Translations under genes and position numbers: made by a program | Notes under the pieces: generated by a model | The model's database searches: none | Seen by the model: the letters and a program-made list of their open reading frames with translations, nothing else | What the model was told of the DNA's origin: nothing | NCBI GenBank assembly: GCA_028534125.1 | Contig: CM052852.1 | Coordinates: 77,438,001-77,502,000 of the forward strand | DNA length: 64,000 nt | Origin: Lama glama | Lineage: Eukaryota | Direction: 5' to 3' | Shown here: positions 37,443 to 49,575 of the stretch, piece by piece | Layout of the letters: every line of letters begins with the position of its first letter | How positions within the stretch are numbered: the first letter of the stretch is position 1

Positions 37443-38030
37443 TATTTATTTATTTATTTATTTAAAGTATAGCTTACTTGCAATATTATATTAGTTTTAG
37501 GTATACAACATAGTAATTTGATATTTTTATAGATTATACTCTACATAAGTTTAACATAAAATACTAGCCATTTTCACTGTGTTGTACATTACATCCTTGT
37601 AACTTACCTATTTTATACCTAGCAGTTAGTATTTCTTAATCCTTTTCACCCATTTTGCCCTTCCCCAACCCCTCTACCCTCTGGAAACCACCACTTTGTT
37701 CTCTGTATCTGTGAGTCTGTTTTGTTTTGTTATATTCATTTGATTTTTTTTTGGTTACACATAGAGGTGAAAATATACAGTATCTGTCTTTCTCTGCTTG
37801 ACTTATTTCACTAAGCATAATACCCTCTAGGTCCATTTACGTTGTTGCAAATGGCAAAATTTCATTCTATTTTACAGCTGAATAATATTCCATTACATAT
37901 ATATACCACATCTTCTACATCTATTCATATGTTGATGGACACTTAGGCTGCTTCCACAACTTGGCTATTGTAAATAATGTTGCTATGAACATTGAGGTGC
38001 TTATATCTTCTCAAATTAGTGTTTTTGGTG
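37443..38030 (-). mobile_element. 5'-truncated L1 3' end
   Basis: (ttta)n tail, antisense 3'UTR, ORF2 C-terminus MDLEGIMLSEISQAEKDRY in the ORF track. Confidence 0.9.
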
Positions 38031-38297
38031 TCTTGAAGCATGTTTTAGATATCCAAATGTAGGAGTGGTAAGTTATGGTATAAATTTGTGTATCATTCAT
38101 CACACTGTATGAATTCTCCTAAGTGGTATGCATAGATTCAGAAGAGGGTAGAAGTTTAGTCCTGAAAATACTCCAGTCATTAGAGTTTAGAAAGAGGAGG
38201 AGAATTCAATAAGAAGTACTAGGAAGGTGGAAAATCAAGAAAGTGTAGAATGCCAAGAACCAACTAAAGAATGTTGTTTCAAAAGGAAAGAATTACA

Positions 38298-38698
38298 TGT
38301 GGCCATGTTAAAGCTACACTCAGATCTGCCTTGCAGGGGTATAACAGATCAGCAACCCCAGCTTCCATCTTTCTTTATCTACCATGCAATTTGTGTTGAG
38401 GCCATGCTTCCTTTGTACACTTGCCAGCCAATGACTGAGCAGTGTAGAGTTCTACCGTAGTATGTGGAACTCTTCCAAGTGGGCAACTGTGGTTCAGTGA
38501 CTCCTCTGAGCCTCTTCCTACTTTATAATTTTTTCTTTCTCCCTTTTCACAGGTATCTGACCTACATCCCAGACTGAAGCTTTCCCTACATTCTCCTGCT
38601 CCCTCTCTTTGATCATTCATAGATATTGCCCTCAATAATACTCTTATAACTTTAATCACATTTTGGCATATGCTCCTCCAAGGACTCAAATTGACACA
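38298..38698 (+). mobile_element. ERVL solo LTR (LTR16-like)
   Basis: tgtggcc...ccagccaatgactgagcag...ccctcaataata...ggactcaaattgacaca; TG...CA ends. Confidence 0.75.
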
Positions 38699-40027
38699 GA
38701 AAGATTAACTGTATCAATGACATTGAGAGGCAAGTTAAGATGAGGAAAGATATTTGACCACTGGGTTAAACAAGATAAAGGTCATTCACGATGTTAACAG
38801 AAGCCATTTTAGTTAAAGGGTGAGAATAAGAGTCTGATTGGAGTTTGTTCAAAAAAGAATGGGAGATAGAGACATTAAGTACAAATGTCTATTTTTAGGA
38901 TTTTTTATTACAAAAGAAAGCAGAGAAGTGGGGTGGACAACTGGAGAATGATGTAGGGTCAATGAAGGAATTTTTTAAGATGAAGAAAATAACATGCTTG
39001 TACATTGATGATAATGATTCTTGAGAAGGAGAAATTTGATTTAGGAAAATAAAGAGAAGATAACTGCTGGAGCAAAGTAGTTGAAAACGTGAGAGGCTGA
39101 GAGGAGATGAGATCCAGTACGTATGCAAAAGAATGGCCTTAGATGAGACCAGGGACAGTTTATCTATTCTAAGAAGACAGCAGAGATGAGTTGGTAGATA
39201 AAGAGGTGGGAAGATGAAATATCTTCATTCCAATTGCTTCTATTTTCTCAGTGGAATAAGATTATCAGTTCAGGCTGAATAGTAAAGGAGCTGTTGGAGG
39301 TTTCTAAGGGGAACAGGTGAAAATATTTTCTGGGAAAATGGGAGCACAAATTTTCTTGAGAATTATGTTAGGACAGTGAGACTTATAGGTTTAAAGTTAA
39401 TCCAGTAGGAAAAGTTGTGATTTTTTTGCAGTCAGGTTTGACTGCTTAGGTGCAGAATTTGAGTTGGTGCAGTGTTAGACTGAACTACGGTTAAGGTTTT
39501 CCTTAACCCTAGTATGACAAAAGTAGAGAGAAACAAAGTAGTTCAGTATTTTGCAAAGGCTGAGATTATAGTGATAGACCACGGAATCTAAGTTCGGTAA
39601 GGAAGAAATGAGGGTATGAAGTAAATCATGGACAGTAGAATAAGTTGAGGAGTCACTGGATTGGAGATCCCAAAGCACTTGAAGAATCATTGAGTTAAAG
39701 CTACCAGATTAAGTAAACTAGAGAGACAGTAGATGGTGTTCAGAAAGTTCTTCTAGGTTTCTGGGGAGGAAGGCAGTTTATTAGTAATTACAAGGTCCAA
39801 ACAATGACCATCGAAAGTCTTGGATAAGGTGGGGTGAATGTCAAGATAACTCAAAGAGAAGATGTGAAGGAACAGAGAAGCCAGAGAGCTGGAAAGAAAT
39901 CTCCATGGACACTCCAGTCATCAAGAAAGGAAAAGAGATGGAGAGAAAGCAATGTGTCAAAAGCTAAAATTTCCAGTGAATAATGGGTAATAACCAGTAA
40001 TTCAGTAGATGACTAACAAGGAGTAGT

Positions 40028-40545
40028 TGTGCAAAACCCATTAACAATTCCTGGGAAGTAAAAATAGAAATCTGAGTAATAAAGTCTAACCCTTTTTTTG
40101 TACGTGTGCTTAGTCTAGTTTCAATTCCTTATACGGTGCCGTGTGCAGAGGCCTTGCACCTGGCACCTCAGATCAGAGTTCCTAGTGCGAAAGGGCCATA
40201 CCTGATGCCTCAGCTCAGCAGTCAGAAGCACTGCACACAACACTGCAATCCAAATGGCGGTAGCAGGCCATGTGCAGAGATGCTAACCCAAGCCTTGAGC
40301 AGCGCAGCTGTGCACCTCATGCAAGAACTCCACCTGCCTCCACAGAAAAGAACCCTACAAAGCAGCCTTGTCAATGGCCTGTGGGGGAAAGCATGGACTC
40401 CAGGTTGCAAATTCACATGTCTCCATTCTTTGATCAAAGAATAAAACTTCCCTTTGCTTCTGAACTGAACTGTCTCTTTCTATTGGTGCAAGTGACACCA
40501 AGCAGGAGTACTCTTGTTGGGGCCTGACGGAAAGGGTTGGTAACA
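40028..40545 (+). mobile_element. ERVL-type solo LTR (MER74/MER73-like)
   Basis: TG...ggtaaCA ends, AATAAA at 40440-40445, abrupt interruption of the surrounding L2. Confidence 0.65.
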
Positions 40546-40939
40546 GTTGGTCTAATGGCCAGAGCGTCAACAGAGATTAGGTTTTTGAAAGAGGAGGGAG
40601 GAGAAACCTGAAGACTGTGGGATGTATGAGAGGGGAAAAAAAGCAGTTCCACTTGTAAGGGGTTCAGAGCAGTTATACCATCAAGGAAAGTCAGGTTTCA
40701 GTTAGGACAAAAATGAAAAGGGTGTTCACAGACATAGCTACAAACATTATTGATATTGCTGATAGCAGACCATGAGTTGCAAATAATGCATTGGAATGGT
40801 TGAGGGGATCAAGGAGTGTGATATTGGGTCTAATTAAGGGAATCTAGGAAATGAAGGATTATCTGGGGCTTGGCTCTCTGAGAGTGACTAAGGTAAACAA
40901 ATATACAAGGTATGAAAGGATTAGTCCTGGGATTGGGGC

Positions 40940-41238
40940 TTGTTTTAGTCCTTCTGGGTTGCTATAACAGAATATCATGGACTGGATGGTTTAAACAACA
41001 TTTACTTCTCAGAGTTCTGGAGGCTGGGGAGTCTAAGATCAAGGCACTGGCAGATTTGGCATCTGATGAGGACCCTCTTCCTGGGTCACAGATGGCCATC
41101 TTCTCACTGGGTGCTCACATGGCAGAAAGGGTGAGGAAGTTCTCTAGAGTCTCTTTACAAGGGCACCTCCACATACTATCACATTGGAGATTTGGTTTCA
41201 ACATATGAATTTTGGAGGGATACACTCAGTCCATAGTA
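40940..41238 (-). mobile_element. MaLR solo LTR (MLT1A-like)
   Basis: tgttttagtcc...ttctggaggctggggagtctaagatcaagg...tttcaacatatgaattttggaggg. Confidence 0.85.
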
Positions 41239-41338
41239 GGTCTCTTAGGGGAAGGTAGGAATTCAATCTAATTATAGCTTTTTTCTAGGGGATAGTCTCC
41301 TAGGCAATTTGTAGTGGTGAGATTGACAGTGTTGAAGG

Positions 41339-41499
41339 NNNNNNNNNNNNNNNNNNNNNNNNNNNNNNNNNNNNNNNNNNNNNNNNNNNNNNNNNNNNNN
41401 NNNNNNNNNNNNNNNNNNNNNNNNNNNNNNNNNNNNNNNNNNNNNNNNNNNNNNNNNNNNNNNNNNNNNNNNNNNNNNNNNNNNNNNNNNNNNNNNNNN
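41339..41499. other. Assembly gap (161 N)
   Basis: Run of N. Confidence 1.
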
Positions 41500-41793
41500 T
41501 AATCCTACAGTGGGTAATGTTGCCACCTTGAGAGGAGTGGGCTTTTCTGCAGCACATGTTACCTGGATCCTCCTTTAAATCCAGTTCTGGAAAGAGGGAG
41601 TGGTCTTATCAAGAGCACGTGGAGTTCTGAAAACCTAGTTTAAATCTAAAAGCCCTTGGGGGACTTTTCAAAATAAATTTTATAAACTTCATAGAGGACT
41701 CCTTTACAGACTTCAGTAGCAATGTGGAAAGGAGCTTACCAGGAGCTGTTTGGACTGCTCTTAAATCCATTCAGGTGTTTAAGGTATTACAGT

Positions 41794-41898
41794 GAGAGAG
41801 GGGACTGCGTAAGACAACAAGAGTAGAAAGACCATGAGCTCACCTCCTCTCATGGGCTCACCAAAATCACAACTATTTGCAGAACAACCATCAACGAA
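41794..41898 (+). mobile_element. Isolated L1 5'UTR-like fragment flanked by a perfect 14-bp TSD, no poly(A)
   Basis: TSD taaggtattacagt at 41780-41793 and 41899-41912; the insert resembles laurasiatherian L1 5' ends (gagtagaaagaccatgagctcacctcctc...caccaaaatcacaactatttgcagaac). Confidence 0.75.
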
Positions 41899-41912
41899 TA
41901 AGGTATTACAGT

Positions 41913-42060
41913 AAAAAAAAAAGTCACATGAAATAAGTTTGGGAACTGCTAGGTTCAACAAGGTTAAACAGGTTTCTTTTCTGCAGACCACAGCAGAAAT
42001 TTTAATATAGTAATGAGCAATGTGAATTGCCTGAAAGGGAGATAGAATATGCAGGTAAAC
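41913..42060. mobile_element. hAT-Charlie MITE fragment (MER103-like)
   Basis: aagtttgggaactgctaggttcaacaaggttaaacaggtttctttt...tttaatatagtaatgagcaatgtgaat. Confidence 0.55.
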
Positions 42061-43095
42061 AGGGATGTAAGCCATGAAGAGATTGGTCCTCCAGAATCAC
42101 CAACCTGACCCACGTTTAGAGAAAAGGAAGGGACAGCCTTGGACTCTACTCATGTGTTCAAGAGAGAAGATGGGGGTCTATGTATAGACTTGTGCTACCA
42201 AAAATACATAAATAAATGGGACTTTTGTCAATTCAATCCTATTTTCCATTGGTCTGCACAAACATTTAGAGTTATTTTCTCTTTTCAGGACTTTCAAAGG
42301 ATAGTGACTCCCACCACTTTAGTTTTTAGCTTGGTTTCCAGCAGTGAAGCATTAAACAAACACCAAAATGCATTTGGAAAGATACGGACTTAAAGGGATT
42401 GTTTTTGTTTGTGAATTACTTTGTAAAATGAATAATCTTTTTAACTTGTAAAATAAATAACTCTCCTTAATTCATGTGGTATATATTTAAAACCATAATC
42501 AGAATTTACAGGAATAACAATTAGTCTGGTACAAAATTACAGAGAGGAAAAAATACTGACTGCCTACCACTGTCAACTTTGCTCATTTACAACTCCTACC
42601 AATCTGACCTATTCTTTAGACTGAAGTCATCAAGAAAGGTTGATGTTCTATAGTTATACAACATACTGTAATGAGGCTTCTACAATTTAAAAAAATAATT
42701 AAAATCACCATCATAGCCAGTTGGTTTGTGTCTTCAAGCTTCATTTTATATAGTACAAAGAAATAATTATATTTGGAGAATAAATGACGTGTCACTTTAA
42801 GATACCATTTTCTTTCTATCCTTTCCATGAAACAATGGCATAAAATATACGTTGTATATTTAACATGTATTCCCTAAAGAGAGACGGAGCTCCATCTCTT
42901 TAATTACGGCTTTAATTGATGTCCTGTATCTGGTAGGCGGAATGGAAAGAAAAATTCTATTTGCTTGTTGTAGCTCCATCTCTAGTCCATTAGACCTCAG
43001 TAACCTTCTGATTCTTGTTTAATGGAAGAGTTAAGTACAGTGGATAACACATAGCTGGCATATCTGAATTTTTTGCTGTTCTAAGCAAAAACATT

Positions 43096-43122
43096 ATATA
43101 TATGTGTGTGTGTGTGTGTGTA
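43096..43122. repeat. (TA)n(TG)n microsatellite
   Basis: Seen directly. Confidence 0.95.
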
Positions 43123-43908
43123 TGCTTAGAGTTTAATAATTAGCTTAAGTAGTAATAACAAAACAAAGCTATTTTAGACAAAATTCTGAAAAAAACAGGA
43201 AATCTTTTTGTTGAAATATTTCAGTTTTCAAACACTAATAACCAAAAACTTATTTTAGATTCTGTGTCATTTATGAATATCTTTTTAAAACATGCTGCCC
43301 ACTTTCCTGTCAGAAGAAATCCAGTATAGAAACCACTCGAAACATGTGGCTGATGACTGGTTTATTTTAGGGACTCAGGGCCATCAATCTGTCAAAGCCT
43401 GGTATGGAAACTAAGAAAAGAGAAAGGGATCACATGTATCTTGTTTCAGGGGTTGTGGTAGGCACTTTATATACTTTATCTCATTGGAAGACCACAGCCA
43501 CTCTATGAATTAGGAGAAATTAAGTGACTTAGTAGAGGCAGAGGCAGAATGCAATCCCAGGAATAGTTTACACTAGTTGAATATACACTTGTTCTAGAAC
43601 ATTCTCCAAGAAGTTGCTTTTTTTTTTTAACAAAATCCTAAATATAAGTTTATCTTCCAATAATTTATCTCCCTTTCTGAAAATCAAAATGTAGTGGGGG
43701 GAAAAAAGGAGAATGAATCCTTGCTTAATTGAGGGCCCTTGTTACCTGAATTCTATTTAAACAAGATTTTACTAAATTTTAAGGACCAAATGAAGCATAA
43801 ACACCAAATGAAACAACAGAATGCATACATTTGAAGAATGTAATACACAGAACATTTATTTAGAATCCAATGTGTGCTGGGAACTGTGCTAAGCACTCTA
43901 TATGTAGT

Positions 43909-44386
43909 ACCTATCAGGGTCCAAGTAGGAAACAGATGGCCCACTCAAATGGGATAATTAAGAGTTTAATGAAGAGACTATTTGCAAAAGGGTGATCAAG
44001 GTTAAAGGATGATGCAGTGCTTCAGGGATAGCAATAGCCGCAAACCCTTTATCACCTTTGCTGAAGGGACAAGGTGGGGAGGGCATTTACTGGGAGCCAG
44101 AAAATATTAGAGCTGTCACTATAGCTCCAGGAGAGGGCCATCTGACAGGAGCTGTGACTTTAGGCAGAAGAACACAGCCATGGCCAACTCATGACAAATC
44201 ATCAGAGAGGAAATGGGAATATATACTCACACTCTCCTCCTGACCTCTGACCTCCTGCTGGCTGAACCCAACCAGAAGCTGGAAGGCAAGGGAGCCCCTT
44301 GACAAAAACACTATAAGCCAGCCTCTTAGGACATAGAGCAAGGAAGAGCAGGAATTGGGAGCGGAAATGGGAGACTATTCAGCACA
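43909..44386 (-). mobile_element. Old ERVL-type solo LTR (LTR33/LTR41-like) inserted in a MIR
   Basis: tcagggtccaagtaggaaacagatggc...cccaaccagaagctggaaggcaagggagccc...cagcaca; MIR halves at about 43850-43905 and 44390-44560. Confidence 0.65.
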
Positions 44387-44559
44387 TGTGTCTGAATCTC
44401 TACAACACTGGTACAAGGTAGGGCTACTATAATCTTCACTTTACAGATGAATAAATGCTGAGGTTTAGAGAGATTTATTTGCCAAAGATCCTAATGCCGG
44501 TAAGTGGAGCCAAGACTCATACAGTCTGTCTGAATCCAGAGCTCTTAACCACCTCCCTA

Positions 44560-44900
44560 ACCACCCAGCAGAATCACCCGTGGAGCACTGTAGAATTGCA
44601 TCACCCAGGGCCACACCAAAAAGTTACTAAATCAAAATCTCCTGGGGAACCCTGGAATGCGTATTTTTTAAAGTTGCACAAATAACTCTTATATATAACA
44701 GGGCTGAGAAACACTAGCTTTTATTATACATTTCCTCAAACATGACTGGGTAAGTCATTTAACCTCTTTGAGCCTGTTATATCACCTGCAAACTGTGGAT
44801 AAAATACTAGCATTATAGATACACTGTCACAATGAAATAGGGTAATATATATAAAACACCTAACACAGTTTCTGACTCATGGATGGTGCTCAATAACATG
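44560..44900. mobile_element. MER5-like MITE (about 44560-44718) followed by MIR (about 44740-44900)
   Basis: gaatcacccgtggagc...gggctgagaaacact; then ggtaagtcatttaacctctttgagcct. Confidence 0.7.
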
Positions 44901-45549
44901 TCTGTTCCCTTGGCTGAAGCCTGCCTTCAAAATAACTGGCCCAATCACCCAAAGACACTATGGTTTTACATATAGTATTTACAAGTGCTAAATATTTCAA
45001 AATATTGATCTCTGACTCCAAGAAAGTACAGGATAACCCTCATCCAGCACCAACTAGTCACAAATCACTGTATTTATGTTAAACCCAGAATAATGAAAAT
45101 GCACAAAACACCTAAGAAGTGAAATAGGAACAGGTAAGAACATTAAAAGTGCTAGTGACCTTATAAATCATGTATGATTTTACAAAATAATATTTTCTTT
45201 GCTCCATCGAAGTAATGTCTTCAACAATAAAACATGCCTTCAATTTCTCTTCTCTCTCTCAATATCACCCTATGTATGTGGCTGTAACTATCACTTTTAT
45301 ACTGATGGTTCATACATCTATAAATTCAATCTTGAACTCTCTTCTGAGTCCTAGTCTCAAATATTCAAATGCCTACTAGACATATCTACTAGGATATTCC
45401 ACAAACACCTCCTACACATGTCCACTTAACTGAAAAAAAACAAACTAAACTCACAACCACACCTCCTCTACTCCCTTTGGTAACAGCACCCACTCAAGCT
45501 AGAAATCTGCTTGACATATCTTCCGTTCAAGTGGTTACCAAATCCTATC

Positions 45550-46980
45550 AATCCTTTTGCTACACTATAATTTATTAAATTTTTTATCTATTATTTGTTA
45601 TTCCTTCTCTACTTAATATTTAGGTTTTCCCAATTTTTTGTTCACAAAAATGATACTGCCGTAGATACTCTTTTACATGTTTCTTTGCTTTTTAAAAAGT
45701 CATAAAATCATGATCTTATTTTTTAATTCAGTTTTTTAAGTAAGACATTAACATGGCTCAAAAGTCCCTTCCACTCCATCCATCAACCACCCAGCAACCA
45801 CTTCACCCATATCCCTAGATAGTTACTCTTAGTAATTACTTGTATATTCTTCCAGAGTGTTTTTATGTATTTAAAAAGGAATATGGATATATATTATTAC
45901 ACCTCCCTTTTTATACAAAAGATGGTATTCTTTTTAATGTTAAATTTTATTTTAAATTAAATAATGTATTATCAAAGTTTTATATGAGCCAAGCATGAGA
46001 AGCTGATTCAAGAGAATGGAAACCTAGAGATGAGTAAAGAAAAATGAATAAAAGATAGATATGACTGGGCCAATTTCATCAGCTCTTGTTAAGTTAATTT
46101 AAATATCTTTTATCATCCACATTGAAAGGCTTTACAGACCTTTTCAGGTAAAAACTAGTTAATGGCCTTAACATTTGATAGGAATATGTATGGGATTTTT
46201 ATTAGATTAATTTTCTACAACTTATGATTGAAAAAGGTAAAAGCAGTGCAGGACCACCTAAATCTACATTGTTACACACTACTGCCATGTACACTGATTG
46301 GTAATATCACTTAATTATGCTCGTTAAAATGTTTTGTGGGAAAATGGTAGCCCAGGGAGACAGAGAACTAAAGACAACCTTCAGTTAATGCAGGAGTCAC
46401 TTTGCTCATTAACTATGGAATATCCTATCTACAAAGGAAAAAAGCAAACTGCAACAACTTTAAGGGAAAGTCATTCAGTAAATGTGTCAAAAGCCTTTAA
46501 AATGATGTGCATAGCTTTTAACCTAGTAAACTCATTCCTAAGGATATAAACCAAAGTATAAAAAAGGTTGATAGAAATTATTTTATAAGGGAAAGATTTG
46601 GAAACAAATTTCTATTAATGAATTAATACATTCTGATATATCTCTAAATAGAATATTATTTAGTCATTAAAAATAGTGTCTACAAAAATAAACATGGAGA
46701 GCTCAGCAAATGATTTTAGTGATAAAAGCAGATGCTTTAGAGAATCACATTCTCATGGCTGACTCATGAAGAATGCTGCCAAGTGCACATATGTTGACCC
46801 CAATTTTATGATAAACACAGGAAAATTAATAGGAAGAAATACAAACAATAAATTGGTTATTCCTAGATGTTAGTATTATGGGAAATTTTTATTTAAATCA
46901 TTTATACTGTTAGATTTTTTCCAATTTTTACAAAAAGCATGTATTATTATACAATCATAATAAAGTTATTTTTAAGTATG
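45550..46980. mobile_element. Degraded old L1 (L1ME/MC-like) 3' fragments, antisense about 45550-45930 and sense about 46400-46980
   Basis: AT-rich old L1 3' motifs (cttttaacctagtaaactcattcctaaggatat; atagaatattatttagtcattaaaa). Confidence 0.55.
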
Positions 46981-47199
46981 AATTACATGCTCCTAGGTGG
47001 AAGTACTTTGCAATAGTCAACTAAAAAATAAAAGACTTCCACTTCTAGCTATTAATGGACTAGTTTGTAGCAGATCAATCATCCATCCCAGAACAACTAG
47101 GAAGGTTGCTTCTCTTCTGCATTTGGCATTCTCGACCAATCACTTGATTCTTCACTGCCTTCTGTTCGTTCTTTCGATTCTACTTTTACCTTGATTACT

Positions 47200-48210
47200 G
47201 CCCCTTGGCTGTTTCCCTTCCCCAAGGTTTAGCTCATCTCTCTCTGTATATTCTCTCTCTTAAAAAGTTTTCCCACTCCCTTGGCTTAGTTATCACTTTT
47301 ATGAAGATCAGTATCATCCTTATCTCTAAGTCCAACCATTCCATTAAGCTCTAAAATTATGTATCTCCCTAATCTACTGGACATCTCTACCTGGATTTTG
47401 TATAAACTTCAAACTAAACAAATTAAACTCACTATTTCTTCCACCAGCCTAATAATTTCTTATTTATGTTGAGAGTACCATATGTCACCTAGACTTAAAA
47501 TCTCAACAATTGTGGATTCTTCATTACATTTCTCTCCAGTATCGAGTCAGTTGCCTCAACCTGTCAGTTGGCTATTTACATATAATTTTTCTTTTTGCAT
47601 TCCCTTCCCTGGCATTTTCAATGTCATCTCTGTAGTTTAGGCCCCAGCCTCTCATGGCCAGACTGCTTCAGACTCCTAGTGAAACTGCCTGCCTCCAGAA
47701 TCTCCTCCCTAAATCATCCAGCAAATGCCCACTTGTTTAATCTTATTATAACTCCATTCAAGCTTTATATACCTCTCAACCAAGTACAAATTAAAAGGTA
47801 AACTACTTTACTTGGCTTTTAAGTTTCCTGTAGTGGAGCCTTGATTACCTTTCTAGTCTTATTTTCATCAATCCCCAACATGAATCATAAGCTCCAATCA
47901 AAAATTCCTACTTACTGTTTACCCAAATGCCTGTGCCTTGTTGTTTCTATGACTTTGATTATGGTATTCTCTCTATCTAAGCTCTCTTTCCCCTTTGATA
48001 ACTAAACTATGAGGTCTAGGTCAGGCTCTCTTCCCTGACACATCATTTATATTGCCCATGTGGCATCTATCTTATACTGCATTGTTCTGTATTTATATAA
48101 GTGCATATCTAATATAGCCACACTAAGCCGTAAGTTCTTTGAGCTTATGATGACCTAACCAAGTATCTAGCATAGGGTAGGACTTTAAGACATATGTATT
48201 GAATGAATGA
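47200..48210 (+). mobile_element. L2 LINE 3' portion
   Basis: CT-rich body (ctactggacatctctacctggat) ending tgtattgaatgaatgaa. Confidence 0.8.
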
Positions 48211-48599
48211 AGTCATCTACTAAAAGCCAATATAGGTGGTTTTAATATAGAAAAATCCCTGTAACAAAATACAACTTTTATGGGGAAATTTACCTGGCCA
48301 AGTAAGCCACTTGTTCAATCTTTATCAAAGTATTAATTTAATGTCATATGATCTGATCCCCTAAACTTTTTAGGGAATTTGGCAAGAATTCTATCTGATA
48401 ATTTGTAGAGATTTGGGGGAGCGCTCTCTCTCTCTCTCTCTCTTTCTCTGCTCTAAATATATATATATAGCATTTTATTTCAAGATGGTGTACTGATCCA
48501 CAAAGCAAATTTGCTGTGCATATTGCTACTTTCTAGTCTTGCTCTTCAATTAGAGATATAAATTACAGTGGTTTTCTGGTCACAGTCCACTTCTGAGAA

Positions 48600-49575
48600 G
48601 AAACGCCCTCTTAGAACTGCCCCCAGACCATGTGACATTGTTCTTTCACATTATCACCACCTGAACCATGGCTGATTAGACCAGGTCAACACCTGACCCC
48701 AAACAAACCAATTCACTGGCTTTCCACAGACTAATCAGAAATTTTCCTATGTCAAGAATTTGAATCAAGAGACACAAAGATGATAGTTGGTGATATGCAC
48801 TGGACCTGTAAGGTTAGGCAGACAAAGGTCTGGCAGTGCCACTGGGCAGTATACAAGCTGGGAACTGGGTTGCAGGGAGGGAGGGGGAAGAAACAGAAAT
48901 GAAAGAGACAGTGTAGCCCTTGTTTTCAATATCTATTTGCCACAATATGGCTGCATAATAAACAACCAGAAAATATTAGTAGCATATGACAATAAACATC
49001 TATTTTTGCTCTTTAGTCTCTGTGTCAGCTAGGCAATTCTTTTGATCCAACCTAGGCTCCATGGGATCACTCATACATCTGTGGCCAACTGTGCATTGGC
49101 TGGGTAGTTTTGCTAATATTAGCTAGACTTTCACATGTGTTTAGAGCTTCAGCTAGGACAACTGAGCTGACATGGCTCTGCTCCATGTGTATCACTGTCC
49201 CACAGGCTATCCTGGGCATGTTCTCATGGCAAAGCCAGAGGAGTAAGGCAGGAATTGTATGGACATTTTTTAAGTCTCTGCTTACATCATATATGCTGAT
49301 ATCCCATTGGGCAATGGAAGTCAAATGGCCGAGCCTCAAGTCAGAGTGGGAGGAGGTTTCAAAGTTACAGGGCACTGGATGAGGCTAGAGGAAGAAAATT
49401 AATTAGAACCATAATACAATCAATATTCCATGGTCCCTGAGAAAAAGAGAATGGCTTTGGCTTAGCATCTTCCCAACTCCACTTCTCAAGAATTGTGACT
49501 GTACTCTGGTTCCTAGATCTGTAACACTGGCTATAGTGTCCTTATAACAAATCCTCTTTACCTGAACTTTCTTTG
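48600..49575. mobile_element. Old MaLR LTR interrupted by an antisense MLT1G/H-like LTR (about 48920-49420)
   Basis: Outer: ccatggctgattagaccagg...cacctgacc and aacaaatcctcttt; inner: ggctgcataataaacaacc...ctgggcatgttctcatggca...atcccattgggcaa. Confidence 0.55.

Larger units (their letters stand above)
37190..41560 (-). mobile_element. Long L2 LINE fossil (RT and endonuclease regions) split by four insertions and a gap
   Basis: Continuous purine-rich antisense L2. The minus strand gives YKHVIFFILKNSFIDPTS (compare L2 RT K.A.I.PILKK..LDP) near 38950-39005 and GHCLDLVI (compare APE endonuclease GHTLDLV) near 39787-39810. Confidence 0.75.
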
